From contig CANBEI010000001.1 of assembly GCA_947367565.1 (NCBI GenBank), positions 4,976-68,975 of the forward strand: 64,000 bases of DNA, given 5' to 3'. A program made the translations under genes and the position numbers. Positions 36,521 through 45,109 of the stretch are shown here, piece after piece; position 1 is the stretch's first letter, and each line of letters opens with the position of its first letter. The DNA is from an uncultured Candidatus Saccharibacteria bacterium. Its GTDB lineage: Bacteria > Patescibacteriota > Saccharimonadia > Saccharimonadales > Saccharimonadaceae. Below the pieces are notes generated by a model. The model saw only the letters and a list, made by a program, of their open reading frames with translations, was not told the origin of the DNA and did not search any database.

Positions 36521-37237
36521 ATGAGCGAGCCGTCTAATAGTAGCCCGGTTTCCGGTGCTGCGCAACCAGCAGCTAAGGCTGGGAGTGTGTCAGTGGCGCC
36601 CGACGCACAAGGTACGGATACGAGTCAAGAGTCTAATATTCAGTTTCGATCGTCGGAGATTGGAAAAATCACTGCGCGGCAAGAAGACCCGTTCAAGGAG
36701 CATAAGGCGCGGGCAGCCGAGCGGAAAAAGCAGAACGAGAAAACACGAAAGATGATTTTGATTCTCTTAATCGTAGGCTTACTAATCTTGTTGACTGGCC
36801 TGGGGATCTGGTGGATCATCGCAACGTTGAGCCGGCCGGAACCAGAGGAAATGACTTTTCTGCAGGATGAAACAATCAAGGATATTCAAACCAGCGCGAA
36901 TGAGATCTACAATGCGGAATCAGACGATAGTGACGAACAAAATATTGAAGGCGCAGTAGAGTATTATGAGGAACAGAAGAACGAGGCGGCAACCATTGAT
37001 GATCGCAACCGCATCACAATTGCCGAAATGTTATTTTATGCAGCGAATAGTTACCCGGAGCGTGTAGTTGAAGTCGGAGACCGGATTAATCCTGATGAGT
37101 TACCGCTGGACGAGGCTCTGACTTACTGTAATGCGATGGTAAATGCCTGGAACAGTCTTGGAGAGCCCGAAAATGCGGAGCAGTGCGAGGAGTTTATTGA
37201 AAATAACACAATGATTGATACGAACGGAGTGGGATAG
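36521..37237 (+). CDS. Hypothetical single-pass membrane protein
   Basis: Start moved to MSEPSNSS with GAGGAGG upstream. TM helix ILILLIVGLLILLTGLGIWWIIA. Promoter TTGTCG-17-TATAAT at 36452-36480. Confidence 0.6.
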   Translation: MSEPSNSSPVSGAAQPAAKAGSVSVAPDAQGTDTSQESNIQFRSSEIGKITARQEDPFKEHKARAAERKKQNEKTRKMILILLIVGLLILLTGLGIWWIIATLSRPEPEEMTFLQDETIKDIQTSANEIYNAESDDSDEQNIEGAVEYYEEQKNEAATIDDRNRITIAEMLFYAANSYPERVVEVGDRINPDELPLDEALTYCNAMVNAWNSLGEPENAEQCEEFIENNTMIDTNGVG

Positions 37238-37238
37238 G

Positions 37239-40043
37239 ATGAAAATTGAACAACAAATCGCGAAACGTACTACCCACTACATAGCTATTGCTTTAGCGTT
37301 GATGGCTATTCTGAGCTTGCCAATACTAATAGCGCACCCGCGCCAGGCTCTTGCGGCAGCCAATGCCGATGGCTGCGAGGAGCAAGCGGTTTTAGGCGGC
37401 GTAGCAGTAGGCGGAATCCCAGCAGTCCAAAGTGCCTGTACAAACTGTCGAAATAGCACAGGTCTGCGCTGGGGAGCCCTATGGATTAGCAATGCTGCTG
37501 GGGGTGGTCCAGGCCAAGCATTAGTGCTGGCAAATCGCGAAGTCGGTGGGCGCGATAGGACGGCAACTTTTGATATTCATGGGATGGTATACGGGTGCGG
37601 GCATAATACCGAAGTTCCATACCAAGTTACGGCCGTCGATACGGATTTGCGCGATAGCAGTGGTAGCTCAATTCCAGGAATCACCTACCAGAGCCGTTCG
37701 ATTCCGCGCGGTTATACGCAAACGCAATACGAATGGTCCGGAGGAGGTAGCCTTGGTGGAAATACAATTACCGATTTGGATACATTCTTCTCATCTTCAG
37801 ACAGTACTTGTACTGACTTGTCAAACGGAGCGAAAGACTGTCGACGTACGGTGCAAGTTTATCGATGCTTTAATATCTCGGGGCAAGGTTGCGGTAGCGA
37901 CCCGTCTGAAGTTCGTGCAATTATCAATGATACGACGAATGACGAAAACAAAAACCGTTTTTACTCTAAGTCTACAGTTGAAATTCCTGAGCAGGGTTCA
38001 GATATATCCGGCTACAGTGCGACTAGCGCCGCCGACGGGTCAGCAAGAGTCGAGATTAGTACGGATGAAGCTAATGTGACAGTCAACTTCAAACATGAAT
38101 TATTCTACGAAGTAACTAATCCATTTGGCGCAAATGACACCGTACAGGCGCCGTCAGTAGATTGGAAAATTCGAACGAAATCCGGCACAGAGAGCGGGGA
38201 TGCTTGGGCGAATAAAGACTGGCAGGATAAGCGTGGAGCGACCGGGACTTGGACCTCGCCGAGTGGAAAAGAAAGCCAGAATAGCGGAGCGACAATCGGA
38301 AACGATACGGTGACTGTACAGTTTACGGCAGCTGACAGCGGAAAGACGAAGCGGGTTTGCCGGCGCGTGAGGTATGAGAAAAAATACGTCGACTTCGTCG
38401 TAAATGGTCTGGCCGGAGCAGGTTACAACTGGATTGTCGAAGGCGGTAAAAACGCCGCGAATTCACAGGCCTGTGCCTATATTACATATATGGGTTCAGA
38501 CGAGAACGGCAAGGATCCTCTGGCTCAAGCAAATGTGGGGCTAGGGGCATCAGCGGGATCAGAATACGCAATGCTAGCAGGAGAAGATGCAACGTTGGCA
38601 ATTAGCGGTGCGGCGAACGGAGTCAAAACACGGCGCCTAATTGGCAAGGAAGCAGTGGTATTTAATCATGGCGCAGGAATTTCATATGATGCAAGCCTAG
38701 TCGCAGGGGCAGCGAGATTCAAGGGGACGGATTTATGTAATCTGTTCTGGGGGCGGAATCCGCAACCACTTGCTTGTAGTCGGCTGACGCGCTATACAGT
38801 TGATTATGCGGACAGAGCCGAAAACGGGGCGTCAGGCAGCGACACGACTAGCGAGACGGCGACCGTGGCCGTGCCAGACGATATTGGTCAGAAATATTGC
38901 AACTCGTTCGGCTATAAGTTCCGATATTTTTACGGCATTAAGGCGAATGGTGCGAGCAGCGTAACTTACACCTCGGAACCAGCAAAGGACTACACCTATG
39001 TTGCGCAGCCAGCCTGCCGGACGATTGCCAAAAGGCCGACAACGGCGTTCTGGAATGGGGGTTTACTAGTTTCTAGTCAGGATAATCAAGGTTACAGCAT
39101 TATAATGTCGCTCGCGAAACGGCATTTGATTGATGGGGTCGGACCAACGCTGGGGTATATGACTCCGGCTGGGAGCACCCAGCTAGAAAACGCCGAAGGC
39201 ATACCTGTAGCAGGCGATTCGCGCAATCTCTACGGTTCATGGTCAGAATATCTGGCGGCGTCGACTGGCAAGATGGATAAAAGTAAGGCGATTGCTTCGG
39301 GCGCAAGTATTAGTAATGGTACAGGCTTAACATCGACAAATAACGCAGTTTGTAATAACGCAACTTCGCCTTGGTCGACGAATTCGCCGCTCACGATTTC
39401 CAATGTTGGATGCGACCTAGCGGGTGCTGGATCCAACCTTAGCTCGAGCGCTTTTCGGACGCGATTGACGGCATACCTAGAAAAGGTAGGTAGTGATCCG
39501 GCGGCAGGAGTGACAGTTATTGGTGATAGCAATACAGATATTACGATTAGCAGCGCAAGTGGAAGTTACGTTAATAATTCTGCGAACGATGATACAAATT
39601 ATAATGTACGGAGTTTGCCGCAGACGATTATTTTCGCAAATAATGTCAAAGTAAAAAGTGATGTGACGCGGATTGACGCTTGGATTATTGCGAAAGGCGA
39701 AGTCAATACTTGCGTAGATTATGCAGAAGGCACGGCCGGTGGTACTGGAACGACAAGCGATGGCGTAGGGAATGCGGGTAATGCATGTACGCAGCAGCTA
39801 GTCTTCAACGGGCCAGTAGTAGCGGGCAGCATGAAGTTAAACCGGACGTTCGGAGCAGACTCGCAGGCGCAGATGAGCAGAGGGTTGGCGACGAATGGCG
39901 CCGCTGGGTACTCAACGCGCCAGAGTTCGGCAGAAGTATTTAACTTGCGTGCGGATAGTTACCTCTGGGGCTATGCTCAAGCTTCGAGATATGGCTCGAG
40001 TTATAATGAAGCGTATAGCCGCGAGCTGGCGCCGAGATATTAG
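37239..40043 (+). CDS. Large secreted/surface protein of unknown function (934 aa) with N-terminal signal/anchor
   Basis: MKIEQQIAKRTTHYIAIALALMAILSLPILIAHPRQALA. ATG overlaps the stop of the preceding gene. Gly/Ser/Thr/Asn-rich with scattered Cys pairs. Confidence 0.7.
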   Translation: MKIEQQIAKRTTHYIAIALALMAILSLPILIAHPRQALAAANADGCEEQAVLGGVAVGGIPAVQSACTNCRNSTGLRWGALWISNAAGGGPGQALVLANREVGGRDRTATFDIHGMVYGCGHNTEVPYQVTAVDTDLRDSSGSSIPGITYQSRSIPRGYTQTQYEWSGGGSLGGNTITDLDTFFSSSDSTCTDLSNGAKDCRRTVQVYRCFNISGQGCGSDPSEVRAIINDTTNDENKNRFYSKSTVEIPEQGSDISGYSATSAADGSARVEISTDEANVTVNFKHELFYEVTNPFGANDTVQAPSVDWKIRTKSGTESGDAWANKDWQDKRGATGTWTSPSGKESQNSGATIGNDTVTVQFTAADSGKTKRVCRRVRYEKKYVDFVVNGLAGAGYNWIVEGGKNAANSQACAYITYMGSDENGKDPLAQANVGLGASAGSEYAMLAGEDATLAISGAANGVKTRRLIGKEAVVFNHGAGISYDASLVAGAARFKGTDLCNLFWGRNPQPLACSRLTRYTVDYADRAENGASGSDTTSETATVAVPDDIGQKYCNSFGYKFRYFYGIKANGASSVTYTSEPAKDYTYVAQPACRTIAKRPTTAFWNGGLLVSSQDNQGYSIIMSLAKRHLIDGVGPTLGYMTPAGSTQLENAEGIPVAGDSRNLYGSWSEYLAASTGKMDKSKAIASGASISNGTGLTSTNNAVCNNATSPWSTNSPLTISNVGCDLAGAGSNLSSSAFRTRLTAYLEKVGSDPAAGVTVIGDSNTDITISSASGSYVNNSANDDTNYNVRSLPQTIIFANNVKVKSDVTRIDAWIIAKGEVNTCVDYAEGTAGGTGTTSDGVGNAGNACTQQLVFNGPVVAGSMKLNRTFGADSQAQMSRGLATNGAAGYSTRQSSAEVFNLRADSYLWGYAQASRYGSSYNEAYSRELAPRY

Positions 40044-40048
40044 TCTAG

Positions 40049-40075
40049 AAAAGACTCCCTCACTGGAGTCTTTTT
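40049..40075. terminator. Bidirectional rho-independent terminator
   Basis: AAAAGACTCC-CTCACT-GGAGTCTTTTT between convergent genes. Confidence 0.8.
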
Positions 40076-40081
40076 GGTATA

Positions 40082-40681
40082 TTAAGCCTTTTTCTTAAAA
40101 TAATCTTTCCCAAGACCGCAAAGCGGACATTTATAGTCGTCTGGCACTTCATCGCCATAGTAAACGTAGCCACAGGCCGTACAAACCCAAGCGGTCTTTC
40201 CCTGCTCACTCTGGGTTTTAGTCAACTTGCCCTTATGTTCTTGGTAATAAGCATAGCTCATAGGCCTCTCATCTGAAAAAACATCGCCCTCTACCATCCG
40301 CCCAATATAAAGCGTATGCGTCTCGGTATCAATCGCATCAACTTTCTCGCAGAGCATGTAGCCGAGCGAAGCTTTGATGACCGGAACGCCATCGGCTTCT
40401 TCGGTCTCGCACTTGGCGAACTTATCACAATCTTTAGAGCAATTAAAGCCAAAAGTCTGGATGATCTCAGGGTCCGCATCTTCGCCAAGGACCGAAAGGG
40501 CGAAGGTGTCGTTTTCGGCGAGTAGCTTATGGGAATGATTCGTCTTCGCAACTGCAACCGAAATCAACGGCTGGTCGCCGGCACTGACACGGGAGACTGC
40601 GTCGACAATACAGCCCCCTCCTTGAGTAGTCAGGACATAGACGCCCTGGGTAATTTTACGCGTAATCTTAGAATTCTTCAT
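40082..40681 (-). CDS. Flavin reductase-like domain fused to C-terminal rubredoxin
   Basis: N-terminal [21 protein letters not shown] and C-terminal [10 protein letters not shown]...YKCPLCG (two CxxC pairs). Start moved to MKNSKI with GGAGG upstream. Confidence 0.8.
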   Translation of the reverse strand: MKNSKITRKITQGVYVLTTQGGGCIVDAVSRVSAGDQPLISVAVAKTNHSHKLLAENDTFALSVLGEDADPEIIQTFGFNCSKDCDKFAKCETEEADGVPVIKASLGYMLCEKVDAIDTETHTLYIGRMVEGDVFSDERPMSYAYYQEHKGKLTKTQSEQGKTAWVCTACGYVYYGDEVPDDYKCPLCGLGKDYFKKKA

Positions 40682-40898
40682 TTTCCTCCTTCGAGTCTCA
40701 TATATTGTAGCACGTTTTATGATTTTACGGTGTGCTAAAATGAAGAAGTGGAGGGCAAGCTCCATGGGACCCGACTACAACATCTGAGGTCAAGCTCCAG
40801 TTGTAATAAGTTCCCTTTTGAAAGATCGTGAAGTCAGACTCTCAAAGTCAGAGGAAAAATTGTGAGTGCAGGAATTAGTCTGATTACGGTTAGGCTAA

Positions 40899-41159
40899 GT
40901 GCGGACTGGCTTCTTTTGCTCTAGCGCTAGGTTATGTTTGGCTTTTGTCCGTAGCGGGCATACTAATCTTACCGGCGGTGGTGTCGCCAACGTCGGTAGC
41001 AACGGCTACGACTGGTCGCGTACGGCAAATTCGTCTACCAACGCCTATCGTCTCAACTTCAACCCTACGGATCTCAATATGAATGCGACAAATCGCTACT
41101 GGGGTTTCCCCCTCCGCTGGGTTTGGCCACGGTTTGGTGCCGATCTTTCGGAAAACTGA
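40899..41159 (+). pseudogene. FISUMP-tail module copy S3, degenerate (terminal Cys lost, disrupted 5' region)
   Basis: LAFVRSGHTNLTGGGVANVGSNGYDWSRTANSSTNAYRLNFNPTDLNMNATNRYWGFPLRW (TGC to TGG). An MKKW start homologous to that of S1 lies at 40737 in another frame and terminates after 15 codons. Confidence 0.45.
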
Positions 41160-41168
41160 GTTCAGCAT

Positions 41169-41375
41169 ATGGCTTTTGTCCGTAGCGGGTATGTGAATAT
41201 TACAATCGGTCAAGCTGGTATTATTGGTGGCAATGTCTACGTTCGTTCACGTACTGCTAGCAAAGACACGAACGCTTACATCCTTGCTTCTGCGATTAGT
41301 ATGGTTTATCCATCATATAGCGATGTTCGTTTTTATGGTTTCCCCCTCCGCTGCCTCTACCCAGGTAGTGCCTAA
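41169..41375 (+). CDS. FISUMP-tail module copy S4 (68 aa)
   Basis: MAFVRSGYVNITIGQAGIIGGNVYVRSRTASKDTNAYILASAISMVYPSYSDVRFYGFPLRCLYPGSA. The last 46 nt (41344-41389) are identical to 6380-6425. Confidence 0.5.
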   Translation: MAFVRSGYVNITIGQAGIIGGNVYVRSRTASKDTNAYILASAISMVYPSYSDVRFYGFPLRCLYPGSA

Positions 41376-41659
41376 TGGAGGAAAAGGAAGTATCTGGAGA
41401 TGCTACCGGTACGGCAGCGGAGGGGGAATCCAAAATAAGGAACATCGCTACCGGATGGATTAAGACCAGTGGAGTTAATATAGAGAATATGGGTCTTAGT
41501 AGACGAGCTTGATGTACGAGACCACCAATAACCATTACTTCCGATATACCCGGCTTGATTGTAACTAAGGAATATGCCACCACTACGGACAAAAGCCAAT
41601 GGCAACTGTACTATGGTGGTGGCGCCGGAGGTGCCGGAAGTAGCAATATAATAATTCAT
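41372..41659 (-). CDS. FISUMP-tail module copy S5 (95 aa)
   Basis: MNYYIATSGTSGATTIVQLPLAFVRSGGIFLSYNQAGYIGSNGYWWSRTSSSSTKTHILYINSTGLNPSGSDVPYFGFPLRC... TATAAT lies 3 nt upstream of the ATG. Convergent with S4. Confidence 0.5.
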   Translation of the reverse strand: MNYYIATSGTSGATTIVQLPLAFVRSGGIFLSYNQAGYIGSNGYWWSRTSSSSTKTHILYINSTGLNPSGSDVPYFGFPLRCRTGSISRYFLFLH

Positions 41660-41690
41660 GATATTATAGAGGGCCTACATTAGTATTATT

Positions 41691-41793
41691 TTTTGCGACG
41701 TTAAAATTTTTAGAAAAATTTTAACCTCCGAAGCTATTCTTAACAGAGGTAGTTAGCAAAAGTTAGGTTAGAAAAATTGGATTTTTGTAAGCT
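41691..41793. repeat. 103-nt non-coding repeat R, copy 2
   Basis: 2 mismatches to 6827-6929. One mismatch breaks the palindrome stem (AACGTC to AACCTC). Confidence 0.9.
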
Positions 41794-41876
41794 AGATCCA
41801 TACATTAATTTCGCGATTGGACGGGAGATTTTTCTGATATGAAATAGCTGCTGTTGCTTGCGACTGAAAACAAATA

Positions 41877-41913
41877 AGACCAAGAAAATGTAAAAAATAC
41901 ATTTTCTTGGTCT
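41877..41913 (-). terminator. Rho-independent terminator directly after tRNA-Leu
   Basis: 16-bp perfect stem AGACCAAGAAAATGTA/TACATTTTCTTGGTCT, followed by T-rich sequence on the minus strand. Confidence 0.85.
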
Positions 41914-41997
41914 GGTGCCCGCGACTGGATTTGAACCAGCACGCCTTGCGGCATATGCTCCTAAGGCATACGTGTATACCAATTTCACCACACGGGC
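41913..41997 (-). tRNA. tRNA-Leu (anticodon UAG), long variable arm, CCA encoded
   Basis: Minus strand reads GCCCGTGTGGTGAAATTGGTATACACGTATGCCTTAGGAGCATATGCCGCAAGGCGTGCTGGTTCAAATCCAGTCGCGGGCACCA. Acceptor stem 7 bp, anticodon loop CTTAGGA, T-loop GGTTCAAATCC. Confidence 0.9.
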
Positions 41998-42006
41998 AAC
42001 GGTTCT

Positions 42007-42036
42007 ATTATAGCATAAAACTTCCTGAAATGGCAA
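42007..42036 (-). promoter_or_regulatory. tRNA-Leu promoter TTGCCA-18-TGCTATAAT
   Basis: The -10 box ends about 9 nt upstream of the mature tRNA 5' end. It overlaps the terminator hairpin GTAGGGTGC/GCGCCCTAC of the upstream gene (42039-42061). Confidence 0.6.
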
Positions 42037-42074
42037 AAGTAGGGCGCCAAAAGCACCCTACTTAATACTAAAAC

Positions 42075-42701
42075 TTAGCGTAAGCTAATAATACTACACT
42101 GCCCAGTTTTGTCCGAAAAAGTCGCGCTAAAGGTCTGGTTATGTTTATCTACCCAGGTATAGCGCTTCGAGGTATCAGTTTTACCGGCCAATGCGCCTTC
42201 GACGCCACCGAGCTGCTTGACCAGCTCGTCGTAAGTGAACGATTCGCCGCTCTCCAACTTTTGTTTCAGCTCAGTGAAAATTGACAAATCAACATCATCA
42301 TTCGCAATTTTGGTCCTATCAATAGTCGCCTGCAAGATATAGCTACTACCGCTCTTCTCGCGTGCGATACTTTCTTTGCTATTAAACTTCCATTTTGCCG
42401 TGCCCGTAGTCTCATCAGTCTCTGGCTCGACGCCAATTACTTCCGTAATTTTCTCAATACTATCGCCAGTTTCGATCTCCTTGATACACTCCGTGATAAC
42501 GCATTTCGTTTCAATCGTTTCCTCTTCGACCGTGTTCAACCCAACATCGGCATTCTCTTCGGCGCTCATGAGCAAATATAGCCCGATTAATGCAACCGCG
42601 GCGATGAGCGCAATCACAAGCGCGACGATCTGCACCGGACTTTTCTTGCTACCTTGGTTTGACGCCTTGGTGCTGGTCTTAGCTTGACTTTCTTTTTCCA
42701 T
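42075..42701 (-). CDS. Hypothetical membrane-anchored protein
   Basis: Start moved to MEKESQAK with AAGGAGG upstream. TM helix IVALVIALIAAVALIGLYLLM. Confidence 0.6.
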   Translation of the reverse strand: MEKESQAKTSTKASNQGSKKSPVQIVALVIALIAAVALIGLYLLMSAEENADVGLNTVEEETIETKCVITECIKEIETGDSIEKITEVIGVEPETDETTGTAKWKFNSKESIAREKSGSSYILQATIDRTKIANDDVDLSIFTELKQKLESGESFTYDELVKQLGGVEGALAGKTDTSKRYTWVDKHNQTFSATFSDKTGQCSIISLR

Positions 42702-42723
42702 TGATACCTCCTTGTTTATACCA

Positions 42724-43308
42724 TCATAACATAGTTTTTTGGTAAATGCCGATACCGGCAGCAGCATAATAACGCGCCGTTAAGAGCTGAAACCCAGCTA
42801 GTTCTAGCTCACCTAAACTTCCCGGATATGACAATACTAAAATCCCGCCCGGCATCAGGAGTTCACCTAGCGCCTCGACTTCTGATTGCTGAAAGTTGTC
42901 ATACGGGGGGTCGGCGATAATGAGATTGAACTTCCCTTGCCAATCTGTCCGCTCAGTCACTGCCGCAACTGCTTCAGCCAAGACCTCCGCCGCAGCTCCG
43001 ATACGCGATAGGTTCTCGCATAGAATTCGCACAACCGCTGGTTGTTGCTCGACGAAAACTACGCTGGTAGCACCCCGACTAAGCGCCTCGATACCGAGTG
43101 CGCCGGAGCCGGCGTAAGCATCCAACACCCGCGCGTCAGCAATCCAGGGTTGCAAAATATTAAACAGGGCATTTTTCTCCCGCGCGCCCATCGGATGAGT
43201 GGCGGAATTATGGGGAGACGTGAGCTTCGTACCTTTGTATTTTCCGGCGATGACGCGGAGATCAGTTGCCGCGGAGCTACCTCTACCGTCGCGCAAAAAG
43301 CGTGTCAT
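42724..43308 (-). CDS. rsmD: 16S rRNA (guanine966-N2)-methyltransferase RsmD
   Basis: LDAYAGSGALGIEALSRGA SAM motif and DPPY. Confidence 0.85.
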   Translation of the reverse strand: MTRFLRDGRGSSAATDLRVIAGKYKGTKLTSPHNSATHPMGAREKNALFNILQPWIADARVLDAYAGSGALGIEALSRGATSVVFVEQQPAVVRILCENLSRIGAAAEVLAEAVAAVTERTDWQGKFNLIIADPPYDNFQQSEVEALGELLMPGGILVLSYPGSLGELELAGFQLLTARYYAAAGIGIYQKTML

Positions 43309-44141
43309 CGTTTCACCTTCCGAGCGCGATGCAAGCCATAAGCTTCTTCGGCCGCCGAATACCAGAGCAAAGCAATAACGCGAACGATTTCCGGCAAGAG
43401 CTGATTCTTGGTCGCCATAGCGAGATCAACCGTCCAACCATCTTGACGGAATTGATCATACATCGCTGCAACCTGTAAGCGGTCAATTGCCTCGTAGAGT
43501 ACTTTTTTCGGCTCGACGAGGCAAAATTCCTCGGAATTCACATGCGGCATGATTGTGCGCTCAGGCAAAGCGGCGGCAATCACCGCGACGCCGTATTCGT
43601 AACCAACATGCTTCGACATGTAGCCGCCAGCCCCCCAATAAAGCCAGTTATTGCGCGCAGTTTCGAGAGCACTGCGGCCGTGCATAATACCCTTAATTGG
43701 TTCGCCGAAGATTTTGATGAATTCCTTGTTCGACATTAGCTCTTCCTTGGCCTCAGACAGCGGAAAATGGTGCGCCGGAGTCAGACTGTCGGTTATCTTG
43801 TGCGCCATCCAGGCCGCTTCAAACGCCGCGCGAACCTCATCGTGTTTTTTGAGGGCTTGGACGAGATTGTGGCGGTGATCTGCGATTTGCTGCCACAGTT
43901 CGGCGCCATTGTTATCACCGAACATATGCGAAGGATCATCATCGTCCGGACTCTTGCGCTTCAGTCCGTCTGGGCCGCGCGCACCCTCGAATTGCAAGAT
44001 TTCCTTGCTGCTTGGAAAAAATCGACCACGCGGGAGATGTTTCGCTAGGACTTTGCGGGCAGCCTTGTCGAGCAACTGATGCGTACCGACCAACTTACCA
44101 CTCATTTTTGAATTTTTGACTAGAGTCGTAGTGGAATACAT
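43305..44141 (-). CDS. Hypothetical protein (His-rich; possibly zinc phospholipase C / P1-nuclease-like fold, unverified)
   Basis: 278-aa ORF with 4-nt overlap with rsmD. No motif I can name with confidence. Confidence 0.55.
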   Translation of the reverse strand: MYSTTTLVKNSKMSGKLVGTHQLLDKAARKVLAKHLPRGRFFPSSKEILQFEGARGPDGLKRKSPDDDDPSHMFGDNNGAELWQQIADHRHNLVQALKKHDEVRAAFEAAWMAHKITDSLTPAHHFPLSEAKEELMSNKEFIKIFGEPIKGIMHGRSALETARNNWLYWGAGGYMSKHVGYEYGVAVIAAALPERTIMPHVNSEEFCLVEPKKVLYEAIDRLQVAAMYDQFRQDGWTVDLAMATKNQLLPEIVRVIALLWYSAAEEAYGLHRARKVKR

Positions 44142-44240
44142 AGTTAATTTGTCTCTACCATTATAACATACTACATAAAAGAGAACGGCGCGTCCAAAAT
44201 CGACGCGCCTCAGCCTTCTACCGATAGAAGGCTGCTCGTT

Positions 44241-44963
44241 TTACCCTCCGAGAATCGCCCGCGCAACTTCTTCGGAGGAAACCTTAGATTTGCTCCACTC
44301 GTAATACCTAAGATTATACTCCTCGGCAACGAGCTCCATCAGCTCTTTGGTTGTCACTGGGATCTCTTCGTCGTAGTCCGGCGGCCAAACGACCTCCATC
44401 ATATCGGTATGTTCGCGCATAAAGGTGTCAATCTCATCGACCGAAGGCCATTTACGGTTTGGAGTGACGACATACGTGGTGTTCCTACTGACAATAATGC
44501 CATAGCCAGCATGACAGCCAACTAAAGATTCGAGGTCAGAACGAGAAAACGAAGCATGGCACTCTAGCGGATGATTGTGCAGCCTGATAATGCCATCATA
44601 CTTGCGCATAAGCTGGACGTGCTCAGCGCTTAATTGGACATTATCCCCACTATAGCTGGTATACTCGAATAGCTTCTCTCCGTCCGCAGTAAAAACTGCC
44701 GTGACCTCGAAATCTTCCTGACGAATACCCTCCATGACCTCGGCCAACGAATCACCGTGATCAATATTACTGAGAGCTTCCAACGACACTTCTGACTCAG
44801 CGCCTTCGCCGAGACCAATCTCGTTGCTATTACCTTCGGCTCCAGACTTTAGCCAGATAGCCCCAGCAGAGCGCAAGGCGCCATAGCCAAGCGCTATCAA
44901 TAAAACAATAATGGCCATACAATAAGCCGCCTTACTGGCCCTGTTTGCGGTCGATTGCCGCAT
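44241..44963 (-). CDS. Membrane-anchored protein with RadC/JAB-like HNHP...SxxD motif
   Basis: N-terminal TM helix. RLHNHPLECHASFSRSDL resembles the RadC-type JAMM motif HNHPSGxxxPSxxD with one extra residue. Confidence 0.5.
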   Translation of the reverse strand: MRQSTANRASKAAYCMAIIVLLIALGYGALRSAGAIWLKSGAEGNSNEIGLGEGAESEVSLEALSNIDHGDSLAEVMEGIRQEDFEVTAVFTADGEKLFEYTSYSGDNVQLSAEHVQLMRKYDGIIRLHNHPLECHASFSRSDLESLVGCHAGYGIIVSRNTTYVVTPNRKWPSVDEIDTFMREHTDMMEVVWPPDYDEEIPVTTKELMELVAEEYNLRYYEWSKSKVSSEEVARAILGG

Positions 44964-45080
44964 GGGAAATCACTTCCTTTCTATGAGTCTTCTATCTTTT
45001 AGAATATGTTAAAAATACGGGGACTTGACGCCCCTTAATGAAATCAGTGTAGCCACAGATTATGACTACCCCATACTTCC

Positions 45081-45109
45081 ATTATAGCATACTTTTTGAT
45101 TTTTGTCTA
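45081..45109 (-). promoter_or_regulatory. Promoter TAGACA-17-TGCTATAAT overlapping the recG stop codon
   Basis: Minus strand reads CTAGACAAAAATCAAAAAGTATGCTATAATGG. A ~110-nt leader follows. Confidence 0.6.

Noticed and set aside
41344-41420. Inverted repeat CCCCCTCCGCTGCC / GGCAGCGGAGGGGG as an independent regulatory palindrome
   Set aside because: It is explained by two convergent paralogues both ending in GFPLRC with the same codons. It may still act as a bidirectional terminator.
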